Source: a virus
Length of the DNA: 64,000 nt
IMG/VR virus record: IMGVR_UViG_3300017971_004694
Direction: 5' to 3' (one strand)
Part shown: one piece after another, positions 45,500 to 54,441 of the stretch
Layout of the letters: each line of letters opens with the position of its first letter
Position numbering within the stretch: position 1 is the first letter of the stretch
The notes under the pieces: model-generated
Seen by the model: the letters and a program-made list of their open reading frames with translations, nothing else
Told to the model about the DNA's origin: nothing
The model's database searches: none
Made by a program: the position numbers and the translations under genes

Positions 45500-46516
45500 T
45501 TAAGTAAGTCTGGACAACACATCTGATCTTGAATCGTAAAAGCGCATAGGTATTCCGCCATAATTGCTTTCCATGGGTGTCTGCGCCGCTACGCTGCCGC
45601 CCGGAACCCCTTGGCCCTCATAATTAACATAGCCGGTCTCATAATTGTATTCCTTGCCGTCTAAAGGACATTGATAAGTATGATCATCGATCCTAACCGC
45701 CTGAACTCCTATGTGATCTGGACAGTATCTTGTAGAGAGCGATCCTTCATGTATGGGCTGAAGCGGAGGTTGGTTCTCACTTGCTTTCCCAGCTTGAGGA
45801 CAATATCCATAATCCTCGGCAGTCTTAATTAGCCCAAGACTCTCATCAACTTTGTCAGCCAGTGCATAGAAACCGTTTTCATCTAACCAATTGGCAAGCC
45901 TAGTTAAATCATAGGTGGCGCTGGAGAAAGTTTGAACATCTTTTATTCTATCAGCGTGTTTCCACAGCACCTTAGCCATGTGACGCATATCTTCGTAAAT
46001 TTTCGGTTTTAATTCTTCAGTTTTGCCCCACTCAAGCTGATCCGCATGTTGCTTCAACCTCTCAGCTATTAGGCCCATCAACGTGGCTAGCACATAACCG
46101 TCGCCTCTGCTCTCCGAAATAACCTCATATTCTTTCTCTTTCTCCTTGCTTTTTCTGGCCTTCTCAATTGGGATAATATCAGCCTCGTCAGCTTTTTTAA
46201 CCAAAGCCACCATGTCAGTAATCTTATCGGCCAGAGCATGAAATCCACTTTCATCAAGATAGTCAGCGAACTTAACCAACTCTTCAACAGAAGAAGAAGC
46301 GACCTTGGCTTTTTGATGCGCTGCCATTAATTTTTGCTGATAGTTCCTCACGAACTGCCCAAGATGGCCAACATTTTCAACCATCCTGTTAATGGCGGCT
46401 TGCCGCTGCTGAGGAGTTCCAGTATTTACCTGCCTCGTCAGCGGCACAAGATTCATACCATGGAACTGGGTTAAGTTCCTTAGCAGTTCTTGCAGAACCT
46501 CCTGATAAGGATTCAT
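45500..46516 (-). CDS. Head-module protein with two helical hairpins and a C-terminal CPDH...CPLD metal-binding-like domain
   Basis: ADYLDESGFHALADKI and ANWLDENGFYALADKVD; LVKKA, LIKTA. Confidence 0.7.
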   Translation of the reverse strand: MNPYQEVLQELLRNLTQFHGMNLVPLTRQVNTGTPQQRQAAINRMVENVGHLGQFVRNYQQKLMAAHQKAKVASSSVEELVKFADYLDESGFHALADKITDMVALVKKADEADIIPIEKARKSKEKEKEYEVISESRGDGYVLATLMGLIAERLKQHADQLEWGKTEELKPKIYEDMRHMAKVLWKHADRIKDVQTFSSATYDLTRLANWLDENGFYALADKVDESLGLIKTAEDYGYCPQAGKASENQPPLQPIHEGSLSTRYCPDHIGVQAVRIDDHTYQCPLDGKEYNYETGYVNYEGQGVPGGSVAAQTPMESNYGGIPMRFYDSRSDVLSRLT

Positions 46517-46518
46517 TA

Positions 46519-48198
46519 TTAGTCACCTACCAAAACCTTAGCGTTGCTGAAGAAAGCTCCCTCCTCATTTTGCTTCTGTCTGGCATCATAAGTGGACTTA
46601 AGGTGATAAACACCATTTTCATCCCTTACAAGATCATGAGCGGGGCGACCCAACTTCTTATGGATTGGGTAAAGTGAGTTAGGCGTCCTAACAAACTGGC
46701 TACTATCGTCAAAAGACTGGGCCAATTTTTCTCTAACATCACCAATATTCATAAGCATTTCGTGGTAATCAGCAATCACATTTCTGTAGGTTTCCTCATC
46801 AAACTTCTGGGCAACAACTTCAATTGCCTCATCACAAGCTGGGAAGTTATTTTCCATAGCGGACTTCACAATAACATCCTTAAGTTCTGACAGGTTAAGG
46901 CCATAGAGACTGCTGTCGCTAGCGACGATAGTCTCGTTCCTCATGCCAGTTTTACTCAGCACGAAGGCTTGAAGTTTCGCGGCGGAGAAATCATCAACGT
47001 AATTGCCATGAGCAAACACAGAAGGTAGAAGTGGAATACCACCGTTCATTTCCGTGGGAAGCTCAATGGTTAGTTTGCCGTTAGGCGTGTGTAGATCGGC
47101 TTCGCAGATAAAGCCATCTGACATAGATGCGGCTACTCTAATCTGGGATCCCTTGAATCCCATGGAGGCAAGTTCAGCAACCAACATCCCTTTTGCCAAC
47201 CTCACAGAAGCCTGCGGGTAACCAAGTGTGGTTTCCAGCACACTCTCCTCGACCTCAGATGCAATAACCTTGAGTGGCTCAGGTGGCGCAGTCCTGGGGA
47301 TTTCCACGTCTTTAAGGTCATTAGACGGATCTGGCAAAGAAGCGAAGACACCAGTTCCAGAGAGACCTTCACTGCCGTTGGCTTCGGGGATTCCGGAAGC
47401 AACCTTGGTGAATTCCTCTTCGGATACGGCATTTTTCACATTGCCAGTAATAACGTCTAGGGAGTTGAGAATTGTTGATACTTCTGGTAGGCGCTCTTCG
47501 CGAAGTGATGCTCTTGATATATAGTTGTCTAGGTTTGGTCTGCTAAGTTCATCGAAACGATCTCCAGCTACAAACACGCTAGGAAGCTGCTGTCCAGATG
47601 CATCAGCCGGGACATAGACTCTCACGGCGCCCTGGTTGGTGTCCAAATCGGACGCAAACACTAGGAACCTTGAATTCCCACCGGCTAGTTTTACTCTGGC
47701 TCTATCAAAACCCAGGGTTCTTAATTCCATTTCCACTTTGCTCCGGGCGAAGACAGCATTTTGTGGATCATACTTATTAGATGTGGGCTCAAAAAAGTGA
47801 TCAAATCCTTCCTTAACTTCTTGTTCAATATCATAGTTAAGAAAGCCTTCGGTCGGATCTCTCATTTTCCCAATATACTCCTCATTAACCACCTGAGCCT
47901 TAGGCCCTTCGGATATGAGTAAGTCTCCAAGAACCTCTCTAAATCGGGTTCCAGAAGCATTGAGTCCAACTAACTCTTGATAGAGCTTCTCCACATCGCC
48001 CTGACTAATAAGCTGTTCAGGGTTTTTAGTATGGATTTGATCCACAACATTCGCCATAGCCTTAATTACAGTGTCCTGGGGGTTTTCTTCCGCAGCCACT
48101 TGCAGCCTTTCGTTAAGATCACTAAGCAGAAACCTCTTGCCTTCCGTTAATTTAGCCAGCGCCAACTCTGCTTGTTCTTTTAGAGAGGTAATACTCAT
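46519..48198 (-). CDS. Hypothetical protein with internal domain duplication
   Basis: Start MSITSL at 48198 (GGAGG SD); two copies of ELxxxGF...xxLPSVF. Confidence 0.7.
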   Translation of the reverse strand: MSITSLKEQAELALAKLTEGKRFLLSDLNERLQVAAEENPQDTVIKAMANVVDQIHTKNPEQLISQGDVEKLYQELVGLNASGTRFREVLGDLLISEGPKAQVVNEEYIGKMRDPTEGFLNYDIEQEVKEGFDHFFEPTSNKYDPQNAVFARSKVEMELRTLGFDRARVKLAGGNSRFLVFASDLDTNQGAVRVYVPADASGQQLPSVFVAGDRFDELSRPNLDNYISRASLREERLPEVSTILNSLDVITGNVKNAVSEEEFTKVASGIPEANGSEGLSGTGVFASLPDPSNDLKDVEIPRTAPPEPLKVIASEVEESVLETTLGYPQASVRLAKGMLVAELASMGFKGSQIRVAASMSDGFICEADLHTPNGKLTIELPTEMNGGIPLLPSVFAHGNYVDDFSAAKLQAFVLSKTGMRNETIVASDSSLYGLNLSELKDVIVKSAMENNFPACDEAIEVVAQKFDEETYRNVIADYHEMLMNIGDVREKLAQSFDDSSQFVRTPNSLYPIHKKLGRPAHDLVRDENGVYHLKSTYDARQKQNEEGAFFSNAKVLVGD

Positions 48199-48238
48199 TT
48201 TACTCGCCTCCAAGTATATTTAGTCTTTCGATTTGCTA

Positions 48239-48246
48239 TATTAATA
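48239..48246 (-). promoter_or_regulatory. Putative late promoter TATTAATA
   Basis: Exact motif in a 100-bp gap, 41 nt upstream of the ATG at 48198. Confidence 0.45.
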
Positions 48247-48297
48247 TATGTCTTTATCAATTTTTTCAACTTCTCTTTCCATTGTTATTCTGAGATA

Positions 48298-50466
48298 TTA
48301 TTCGTCATCCGCCTCAAGCTCTTCAAAGTATTCTTCAGCGGTCGGCAGAAACTCTGATTTTGAGAAACCCTTGCTGTGATATAGATGGGTTGGCTTCTTG
48401 GTGCCAAACTCACTTTCAGCAATGTCGGCAAGCTCCATCTTAAGTTCGTTCAGTTTTTCTCTGAGGATGCTCTTCTCATTTTCAGGCGTATCTTGTCTTC
48501 TAAGCCTGTGCTTGATGTCCCTCATATCGTCCAGTATTTCATCGATTCTTTCAGCACCAGGCTTTTCCTCTTCTTCCTCAAAGGACAGTTCTTCTCCTGG
48601 TTCCAACTGCTCCTCTTCCGCAAGCTCTCTGAAACTAAGAGGAACCCCCTCAGGTTCGTCCACGAGCTGCATCCCTTCCTCATCGGGCTCCTCTTCCTTA
48701 GCCTCTTCTCTTTCTTCAAGCTCTTCTACCATTCTTCTAAGCATGCCCACATTGCCAGAGCCTGCTTCCACATCATATATAAGACCAGACAAATCAACAG
48801 CTTCCTCGCTGCCTGGGTCTAAGTAATGTTCAAGAGCGTAATAGGCTTTCTCCAAAAGCTCTTCGTCTTTGTCTTCAACTTTCTGCTCACACTGGCCACA
48901 CATGGATCTTTTAGAAAGACAAAGATCATCGGCGGCTTTGACAGGGATTCCAACACAATCGCATTCGCCTGGGGAACCACCACATATATTACATTTGGGG
49001 CACATACATCCCTCTGGTGATTTTCCACACTTGGGGCAATTTTTACACTTACACAATTTGCCAGGGTCGCCACATTTGGGGCAGATGCACTCACACAATT
49101 CTTTGGGACTACCACACTGCAAACAAGTTTTTATGTCTTCAGCCATTTTGGAAAGCTCAAGATCTAAGAAAGCAAGGCTCCATTGATCGGCGGCAAGGAG
49201 TCCAGGCTCCATACACTCGCTCTCGGTTTCTTCTATACCAAGCTCGGATTCTCCGGTTTCCACGCTAGATGGTTCTTTCGAATACTCTGGATCCCAAGGA
49301 ATATATCTACCATCATCTTCCATCTCTTTTTTCCAAACCTTAAATGCTCGCTCAGGTGCATCTTTAATGGCGTTGGCCATTCTCCATCGCAGCTTTTCTA
49401 TTTTTTCTGGAGTGTTTACATCATACTTAACTTCACTCCAGGACTGATAAGCAATAAATATTCTCTTCTGGTCGTGGGTGAGATCCAACTCTTCCAGTAT
49501 TTCTTCTGCGGTGGGCTCCTTTTCCTTTTCACCAAAAGGCCAAACCGCATGCTTTTTGAGCCTAATCATATGATTGGCCATGGCCCATTGATCGGAAGCT
49601 TCGGCTTCGTCTTCCTCGTCATATTCGTCCCACCACGCATGGGGCTGCTCAAGCATCGGCAAGCTGCCATATTCAAGCGTCCCCAATCTTTTGCCAACCG
49701 CAGCAAGCTCAGAAACATCAACAATAAATACACCCTGCTCATCATTGGAGACCCCAATCATTCTGGGATTCACATCTTTGCCTTCTGCATCTTTCACCAT
49801 GCACTCAACCGAATCCCACCTCTCGCCTTCCAATGGTTCCTCTTTGACTGAAACATCACCCATGCCCTCACCATAAGGAATAGAGCTAAGTTTGTATCCA
49901 TTAGGATAAGAAGTTAAATAGCTGAATCCATGAGTGGTTGGCCTATATTCTACGGAGCCACCACTCTGCTCTAAAATAGACTTTATCTCCTCGGCTGTAA
50001 AATCATCCCAGGCGACAATCTCTTTTAAAGCGGCTTGCTTATCAGAAGGAAGACTAAAATAAAAACTCCTAATAAACTTCTGGTCGCTATTAAGTCTCTC
50101 ATAAATGGTATCCCTAAGCATCCAAGCTTCTTTTGTATTAGTGGCTCCATACTCTTTACAGGCCACGCGCTTGATAGGAATATTTTGATAAGCGACAGTG
50201 ATGTTCTCTTCTTTCTTATCGAGCATAACTTTCCAGTTGCTCGTCACCACATTTTCCTCATCGCCTATATCAAAAGTGCGAACAAGGAACTCGCCATCGT
50301 CATTAGACTGAATCTGCCAGAGTTCCTCGGGGCCACTGTCTTTAAATCGCACCATATCAAAAGCAACTCTAATGATACGGTGCTCGTTCCCCTTTAGTGG
50401 GATGCGGCTTGTGTCCGGATCCACGACATTGCTAAGGGACTTATAATCTAGTTCAAACTTTTCCAT
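48298..50466 (-). CDS. Modular protein with a Cys-rich 4x CxxCGx5CxC module
   Basis: 16 Cys in 57 aa (48955-49125); LKKHA, LSKMA, AADD and ASD linkers; first gene of the structural module. Confidence 0.75.
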   Translation of the reverse strand: MEKFELDYKSLSNVVDPDTSRIPLKGNEHRIIRVAFDMVRFKDSGPEELWQIQSNDDGEFLVRTFDIGDEENVVTSNWKVMLDKKEENITVAYQNIPIKRVACKEYGATNTKEAWMLRDTIYERLNSDQKFIRSFYFSLPSDKQAALKEIVAWDDFTAEEIKSILEQSGGSVEYRPTTHGFSYLTSYPNGYKLSSIPYGEGMGDVSVKEEPLEGERWDSVECMVKDAEGKDVNPRMIGVSNDEQGVFIVDVSELAAVGKRLGTLEYGSLPMLEQPHAWWDEYDEEDEAEASDQWAMANHMIRLKKHAVWPFGEKEKEPTAEEILEELDLTHDQKRIFIAYQSWSEVKYDVNTPEKIEKLRWRMANAIKDAPERAFKVWKKEMEDDGRYIPWDPEYSKEPSSVETGESELGIEETESECMEPGLLAADQWSLAFLDLELSKMAEDIKTCLQCGSPKELCECICPKCGDPGKLCKCKNCPKCGKSPEGCMCPKCNICGGSPGECDCVGIPVKAADDLCLSKRSMCGQCEQKVEDKDEELLEKAYYALEHYLDPGSEEAVDLSGLIYDVEAGSGNVGMLRRMVEELEEREEAKEEEPDEEGMQLVDEPEGVPLSFRELAEEEQLEPGEELSFEEEEEKPGAERIDEILDDMRDIKHRLRRQDTPENEKSILREKLNELKMELADIAESEFGTKKPTHLYHSKGFSKSEFLPTAEEYFEELEADDE

Positions 50467-50708
50467 AGTGAATGATCTCCTAATGAAAAATAATTACACG
50501 TATTCGTTAATAATATTGGGATATTGATAGAAACTCATACACAATGTTCAGCACTCCGCTGCGCGTATCAGTGTTTTGGCCAGCAATCTAATACGCGTAA
50601 AATCCCGAAATTAAAGAAAATGATATAAATCCGCGATATTATTGTTTTGACGCACCGAGTCGCATACGATTTTTGAGCAAAAAATGGCCATGGCTGTGGC
50701 ATGAAGAC

Positions 50709-50741
50709 AAAAAAATGGCCGGGGCGCGTGGCCCCGGCCAT
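50709..50741 (-). terminator. Rho-independent terminator ending the replication module
   Basis: 11-bp stem ATGGCCGGGGC/GCCCCGGCCAT, 5-nt loop, T-tract on the minus strand. Confidence 0.85.
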
Positions 50742-50761
50742 ATAAGCGTAATTATTAAATT

Positions 50762-51301
50762 TTATTCTTCCCAACTATCTTCTAGAGGATCTCGCGTTCT
50801 CAAGTCTTCTATTTTGCTAAGTATTTCCAATATATTTTCGTCATCAGCACAGAGCTTCTTGAGTTTCTTTATAGCGCCGCCATACCGCTTTTTGCCGTTG
50901 GCGTAATCTATATTTCCCATGAGAAGCTTATGAACCGTGGTTTGATGTATTCCTAAATCCTCAGCTATTTGAGTTTGTGTTTTGCCCTGCAACCGCAACA
51001 GCACTACCTCTCGCTGTCGCTTCGTAAGGTCATTATTCACAATCCTCAAGACTTCCTCTATAAGTTGTTGTCTCAAGTCGTAGAATTCCTCCGAATATTT
51101 TGCAAGATTAACCTGTGCCCCCAAGCCATTGGCCATAGGGAAGTCATTTAAGATGACTGGATCCACAGAAATCTCAACAATTTTATATTGATAAGAGTCC
51201 GATTTGTTTTTTTTACGGGGCATTAACAAAACCTCAGCGGTAGTAATATTATCTTTCACACTTTCTTCTTCATCACTCCCATAAGGGTTCAACATTATCA
51301 T
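50762..51301 (-). CDS. Sigma-70 region 4/LuxR-type HTH protein (candidate late transcription factor)
   Basis: LTKRQREVVLLRLQGKTQTQIAEDLGIHQTTVHKLL; probable real start MPRKK at 51223 (GAGG SD). Confidence 0.75.
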   Translation of the reverse strand: MIMLNPYGSDEEESVKDNITTAEVLLMPRKKNKSDSYQYKIVEISVDPVILNDFPMANGLGAQVNLAKYSEEFYDLRQQLIEEVLRIVNNDLTKRQREVVLLRLQGKTQTQIAEDLGIHQTTVHKLLMGNIDYANGKKRYGGAIKKLKKLCADDENILEILSKIEDLRTRDPLEDSWEE

Positions 51302-52043
51302 AACTTTCCTTTTCCTCTAATTTAGAAAGCAGATTTTCCAAAGGGTGTGTTCTAAGATATTGATCTATATCCTTAATGTCCTTGGGAAACGGGTTTGCCG
51401 CTCGCAGTGTGATTCCATCATATTGTCTTCTGTTGACTATTTTGGTGGCCTTTTCCTGTGCATCTTCTTCGTTGTCCAGCAAAAGAACAATGCTGTCTGT
51501 ATAGCGAGAGAGCAAAGCTATGTGCCTTGCGGATAGGAACGAGCCACAAGTGGCCGCAACGTTCTCCATGCCCTTCTGATGCGGCATAATTACGTCGTAG
51601 TATCCTTCTACCACATAAACTTTGTTTTCCTTGATTACGCTGTCCTTCGCAAAGTTGAGGCCATACAAGTGTTGAGTCTTTGGATAGACTGAGTTCATGT
51701 ATTTGGGGATGCCCTGGCGGTCTCTCTCCTCTTCAGACATCATTGTTCTGCCCGCTAGTGCTACATAGTTCCCATATACATCTCTGATAGGCATCACCAG
51801 GTTCCAAAGCCTAAACATACTCTTAGACGCATGCTTAATAAGACCCGCTGCTCGTAGCTCCTTGGGATCTACTATTTCAAACAATTCCCTCAAATCATGA
51901 GGGAATAGTCCAATCTGAAACTTCTCAATAGAATCAAGAGTAAGTTGCCTCTTCTCCGTCAAATATTTTAAAGTCTTGTCATCTTTCAGCAGCCTTTTCC
52001 GACAAAATTTCGCCACTTGCTCAACAATTTTGTCTTGTTCCAC
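51273..52043 (-). CDS. dnaG: DNA primase catalytic core (DnaG, TOPRIM) without a Zn-binding domain
   Basis: YLTEKR...FQIG, LVMPIRD...ALAGR, PKYMNS, LYGL, VVEGYYDV, VVLLLDNE-type TOPRIM (VLLLDNE), KDID. Confidence 0.88.
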   Translation of the reverse strand: MEQDKIVEQVAKFCRKRLLKDDKTLKYLTEKRQLTLDSIEKFQIGLFPHDLRELFEIVDPKELRAAGLIKHASKSMFRLWNLVMPIRDVYGNYVALAGRTMMSEEERDRQGIPKYMNSVYPKTQHLYGLNFAKDSVIKENKVYVVEGYYDVIMPHQKGMENVAATCGSFLSARHIALLSRYTDSIVLLLDNEEDAQEKATKIVNRRQYDGITLRAANPFPKDIKDIDQYLRTHPLENLLSKLEEKESYDNVEPLWE

Positions 52044-52373
52044 TTATTCCTCTTTTTCTTCATCTTCCAAGTGCATCTCCAAGCCTTTTAGAAATGCGGC
52101 AGTCACCCGAACTTGCGTTCCGCAAGTCTTACAGAACGCCTGACCATTTTCGATATAGAGTGGCCTGCCCGCTCTACACTGGTGGCACTGTGCCTGGAAG
52201 GCCGTCTTAGGGCTGCGCATAACTTGCTTGGCATCCTCAAGCGCCTTCTTGATAAAACTTGTGATTCCCTCAATTGGATTCTCACATGCTTCACAAATCA
52301 CCTCGCCGGTTGCTTTGTTAAGCTTTGCTTCAGTTTGCTGTAGGCAGCCTTTCTTCGTGCAGTTAATTAACAT
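52044..52373 (-). CDS. Double Zn-ribbon protein
   Basis: CTKKGC...CEAC and CHQC...CKTC. Confidence 0.7.
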   Translation of the reverse strand: MLINCTKKGCLQQTEAKLNKATGEVICEACENPIEGITSFIKKALEDAKQVMRSPKTAFQAQCHQCRAGRPLYIENGQAFCKTCGTQVRVTAAFLKGLEMHLEDEEKEE

Positions 52374-53479
52374 TACTCTTCCTCCTCTATTGGTTCCTCT
52401 GCTTTTGCACCAGAGGCTCTTGCTTCATTAGCCTTTTGAACAAGTTCCTCAGTAATTCCCTTTTGTTCAATATAATCATAAAAGTTTTTCTTTCCCTTTA
52501 TCTTCTGGTCGCCATATTCATACATCACATTGTTTGGTCTTACCACTACTCCATATTTTATAGCCAAGTCCGCCGCTTCAATGTGTCTATTGGTCAAACC
52601 CTCTGTATATCTAATATCAAACTCCCCAGAACGGAAAGGGGGCGCAACCTTATTCTTATCTATACGAGCCTTTACTCTGTGGCCAACTTGCACATCACCT
52701 TCCGTAATCCTAGTGTCAGCGGACGACAAGGGCAAGAAGTGAACCATTACAGAGCAGTAGTGCTTCCAAGCAGAGCCGCCCGTTGTGGTGGTTGGATCGC
52801 CCCACATCTTACCAGGGTCGGTCCTAACTTGATTGATGGCGATGAACACAACTCCGGTCTCAGACAGCAATGGCGTTAGTTTCCTAAGCTCTGGCGGCAA
52901 GAATCTTCCCATCAGGGCCATGTTGTTTTTACCAGACACGCTCGCTAGCTCCATCGGAGGAGCCACAGCAGCTATACTGTCCAATATAATTAGGCCAAGC
53001 CCCGACTCCTCTGCGCCGCCCTGAACTCTAACCAAATCCAGAAGGCCAGGTTTCAGTTTATTTTTGCCTGGTTCCTTATGCGGAACTCCACATAGCCTAG
53101 AGAATATCTTTGCGCCGTTATTTTCTTTATACAATATCAAACGATCAGGGCTTGTATCCACTCCAAGTAGCTTGGCCCAATCCATATCGAAAGTATATTC
53201 TGCGTCTATAAAGAGAACATAGTTTTTTGGATCCTTCTGCTGCCACTCTCTAGCGGCCATGAGACTCATGAGAGTCTTGCCGCTGCTCTCTTTTCCGGCA
53301 TACTGAGTAATCCTGCCCATGGGCAAGCCACCAACCCCCAGGGCGTCATCTACGGCTGGGCTCCCTGATGTTATTGCTTTTACATCAGCAATCAGGTCGT
53401 CATCTCCTCTATAAAATCCATCATCTCCATATTGTTTGATCATCTCGGACCATAGTGCTTCTACTTTGCTTTTAGCCAT
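52373..53479 (-). CDS. recA: RecA/UvsX recombinase
   Basis: SGSPAVDDALGVGGLPMGRITQYAGKESSGKT, FIDAE, IILDS, FIAINQVR, TTGGSAWK, KNKVAPPFR. Confidence 0.95.
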   Translation of the reverse strand: MAKSKVEALWSEMIKQYGDDGFYRGDDDLIADVKAITSGSPAVDDALGVGGLPMGRITQYAGKESSGKTLMSLMAAREWQQKDPKNYVLFIDAEYTFDMDWAKLLGVDTSPDRLILYKENNGAKIFSRLCGVPHKEPGKNKLKPGLLDLVRVQGGAEESGLGLIILDSIAAVAPPMELASVSGKNNMALMGRFLPPELRKLTPLLSETGVVFIAINQVRTDPGKMWGDPTTTTGGSAWKHYCSVMVHFLPLSSADTRITEGDVQVGHRVKARIDKNKVAPPFRSGEFDIRYTEGLTNRHIEAADLAIKYGVVVRPNNVMYEYGDQKIKGKKNFYDYIEQKGITEELVQKANEARASGAKAEEPIEEEE

Positions 53480-54441
53480 TATTTTTGTTCTCCTTTTTCT
53501 AATGATTTTTTAAGCTTACTGAGCAATTCGGTTTGTTCTTCAGTGAGATTTTTGGGCAATTCTATTTTAACTTCTATTAGGTGATCACCCCAATGGCCAA
53601 ATTTATCCTTCATACCTCCGTCTTTAATTCGTATGACTGAGCTGGGTTGTGTGCCTGGAGCAATCTTTAGTTTCTTTTTACCTCCCAGAGTTTTTATTTC
53701 TATCGTATTTCCAAGTAAAGCATCAAACATACTTATTTTTAGTGAACTTAATATATCAGATCCATTATCCATCAGGCGGAACTCTTTGTGCGGAGCGTAT
53801 ATTACCACAAAGTCAATTTCTTTCGTGGCTGGTATTACCTGACCATACGCTGTGCCCGCAGGGATCGAGATTTCTATTTCATCTGAAACAATCTTGCCCC
53901 CACGACCATTGCACTCTTCACAATGACCCTTAACTTCTTTACCCATGCCCCTGCAATATCCGCAGGAGCTTCGCATCTTAATGACACCCCTATCTACAAT
54001 CTGCTCACCAAGTCCGTTGCAATTAGGGCAGTTCTTGTCTCCAAAGAGGATGCCCTGGGTGCATTTATCGCAATTAACCGTAGTGTCTATCCTAACCTTC
54101 TTCTTGCCGCCATTAAAAGCATCTTCCATGGGGACGGCAATATTTGCCGTTCTTTTCCGTTGTCTTCTAACTCTTGGGTTTTGAAACGGGCTTTGAAAGC
54201 CAAAACCCCCAAATGTTTGACTAAACAGATCGTTTAAGTCTTGCATGGGGTTAGGGCCATGAACCGTGCCATTCTTAATCGAATCATAAGCGGCATTGAT
54301 TTCTTTGAACTTTTCTTCTGCGTCCTTGCTTCCCTGATTCTTATCAGGATGCCATTTCTGGGCAAGCTCTTTCCAAGCTTTCTTGGCATCTTCCTTAGAG
54401 GCTCCTGGGCTCAAGCCTAGCACTTTATACGGATCTTGCAT
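53479..54441 (-). CDS. dnaJ: DnaJ chaperone
   Basis: J domain with WHPD; CxxCxG-type Zn-finger repeats; C-terminal peptide-binding domain. Confidence 0.93.
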   Translation of the reverse strand: MQDPYKVLGLSPGASKEDAKKAWKELAQKWHPDKNQGSKDAEEKFKEINAAYDSIKNGTVHGPNPMQDLNDLFSQTFGGFGFQSPFQNPRVRRQRKRTANIAVPMEDAFNGGKKKVRIDTTVNCDKCTQGILFGDKNCPNCNGLGEQIVDRGVIKMRSSCGYCRGMGKEVKGHCEECNGRGGKIVSDEIEISIPAGTAYGQVIPATKEIDFVVIYAPHKEFRLMDNGSDILSSLKISMFDALLGNTIEIKTLGGKKKLKIAPGTQPSSVIRIKDGGMKDKFGHWGDHLIEVKIELPKNLTEEQTELLSKLKKSLEKGEQK

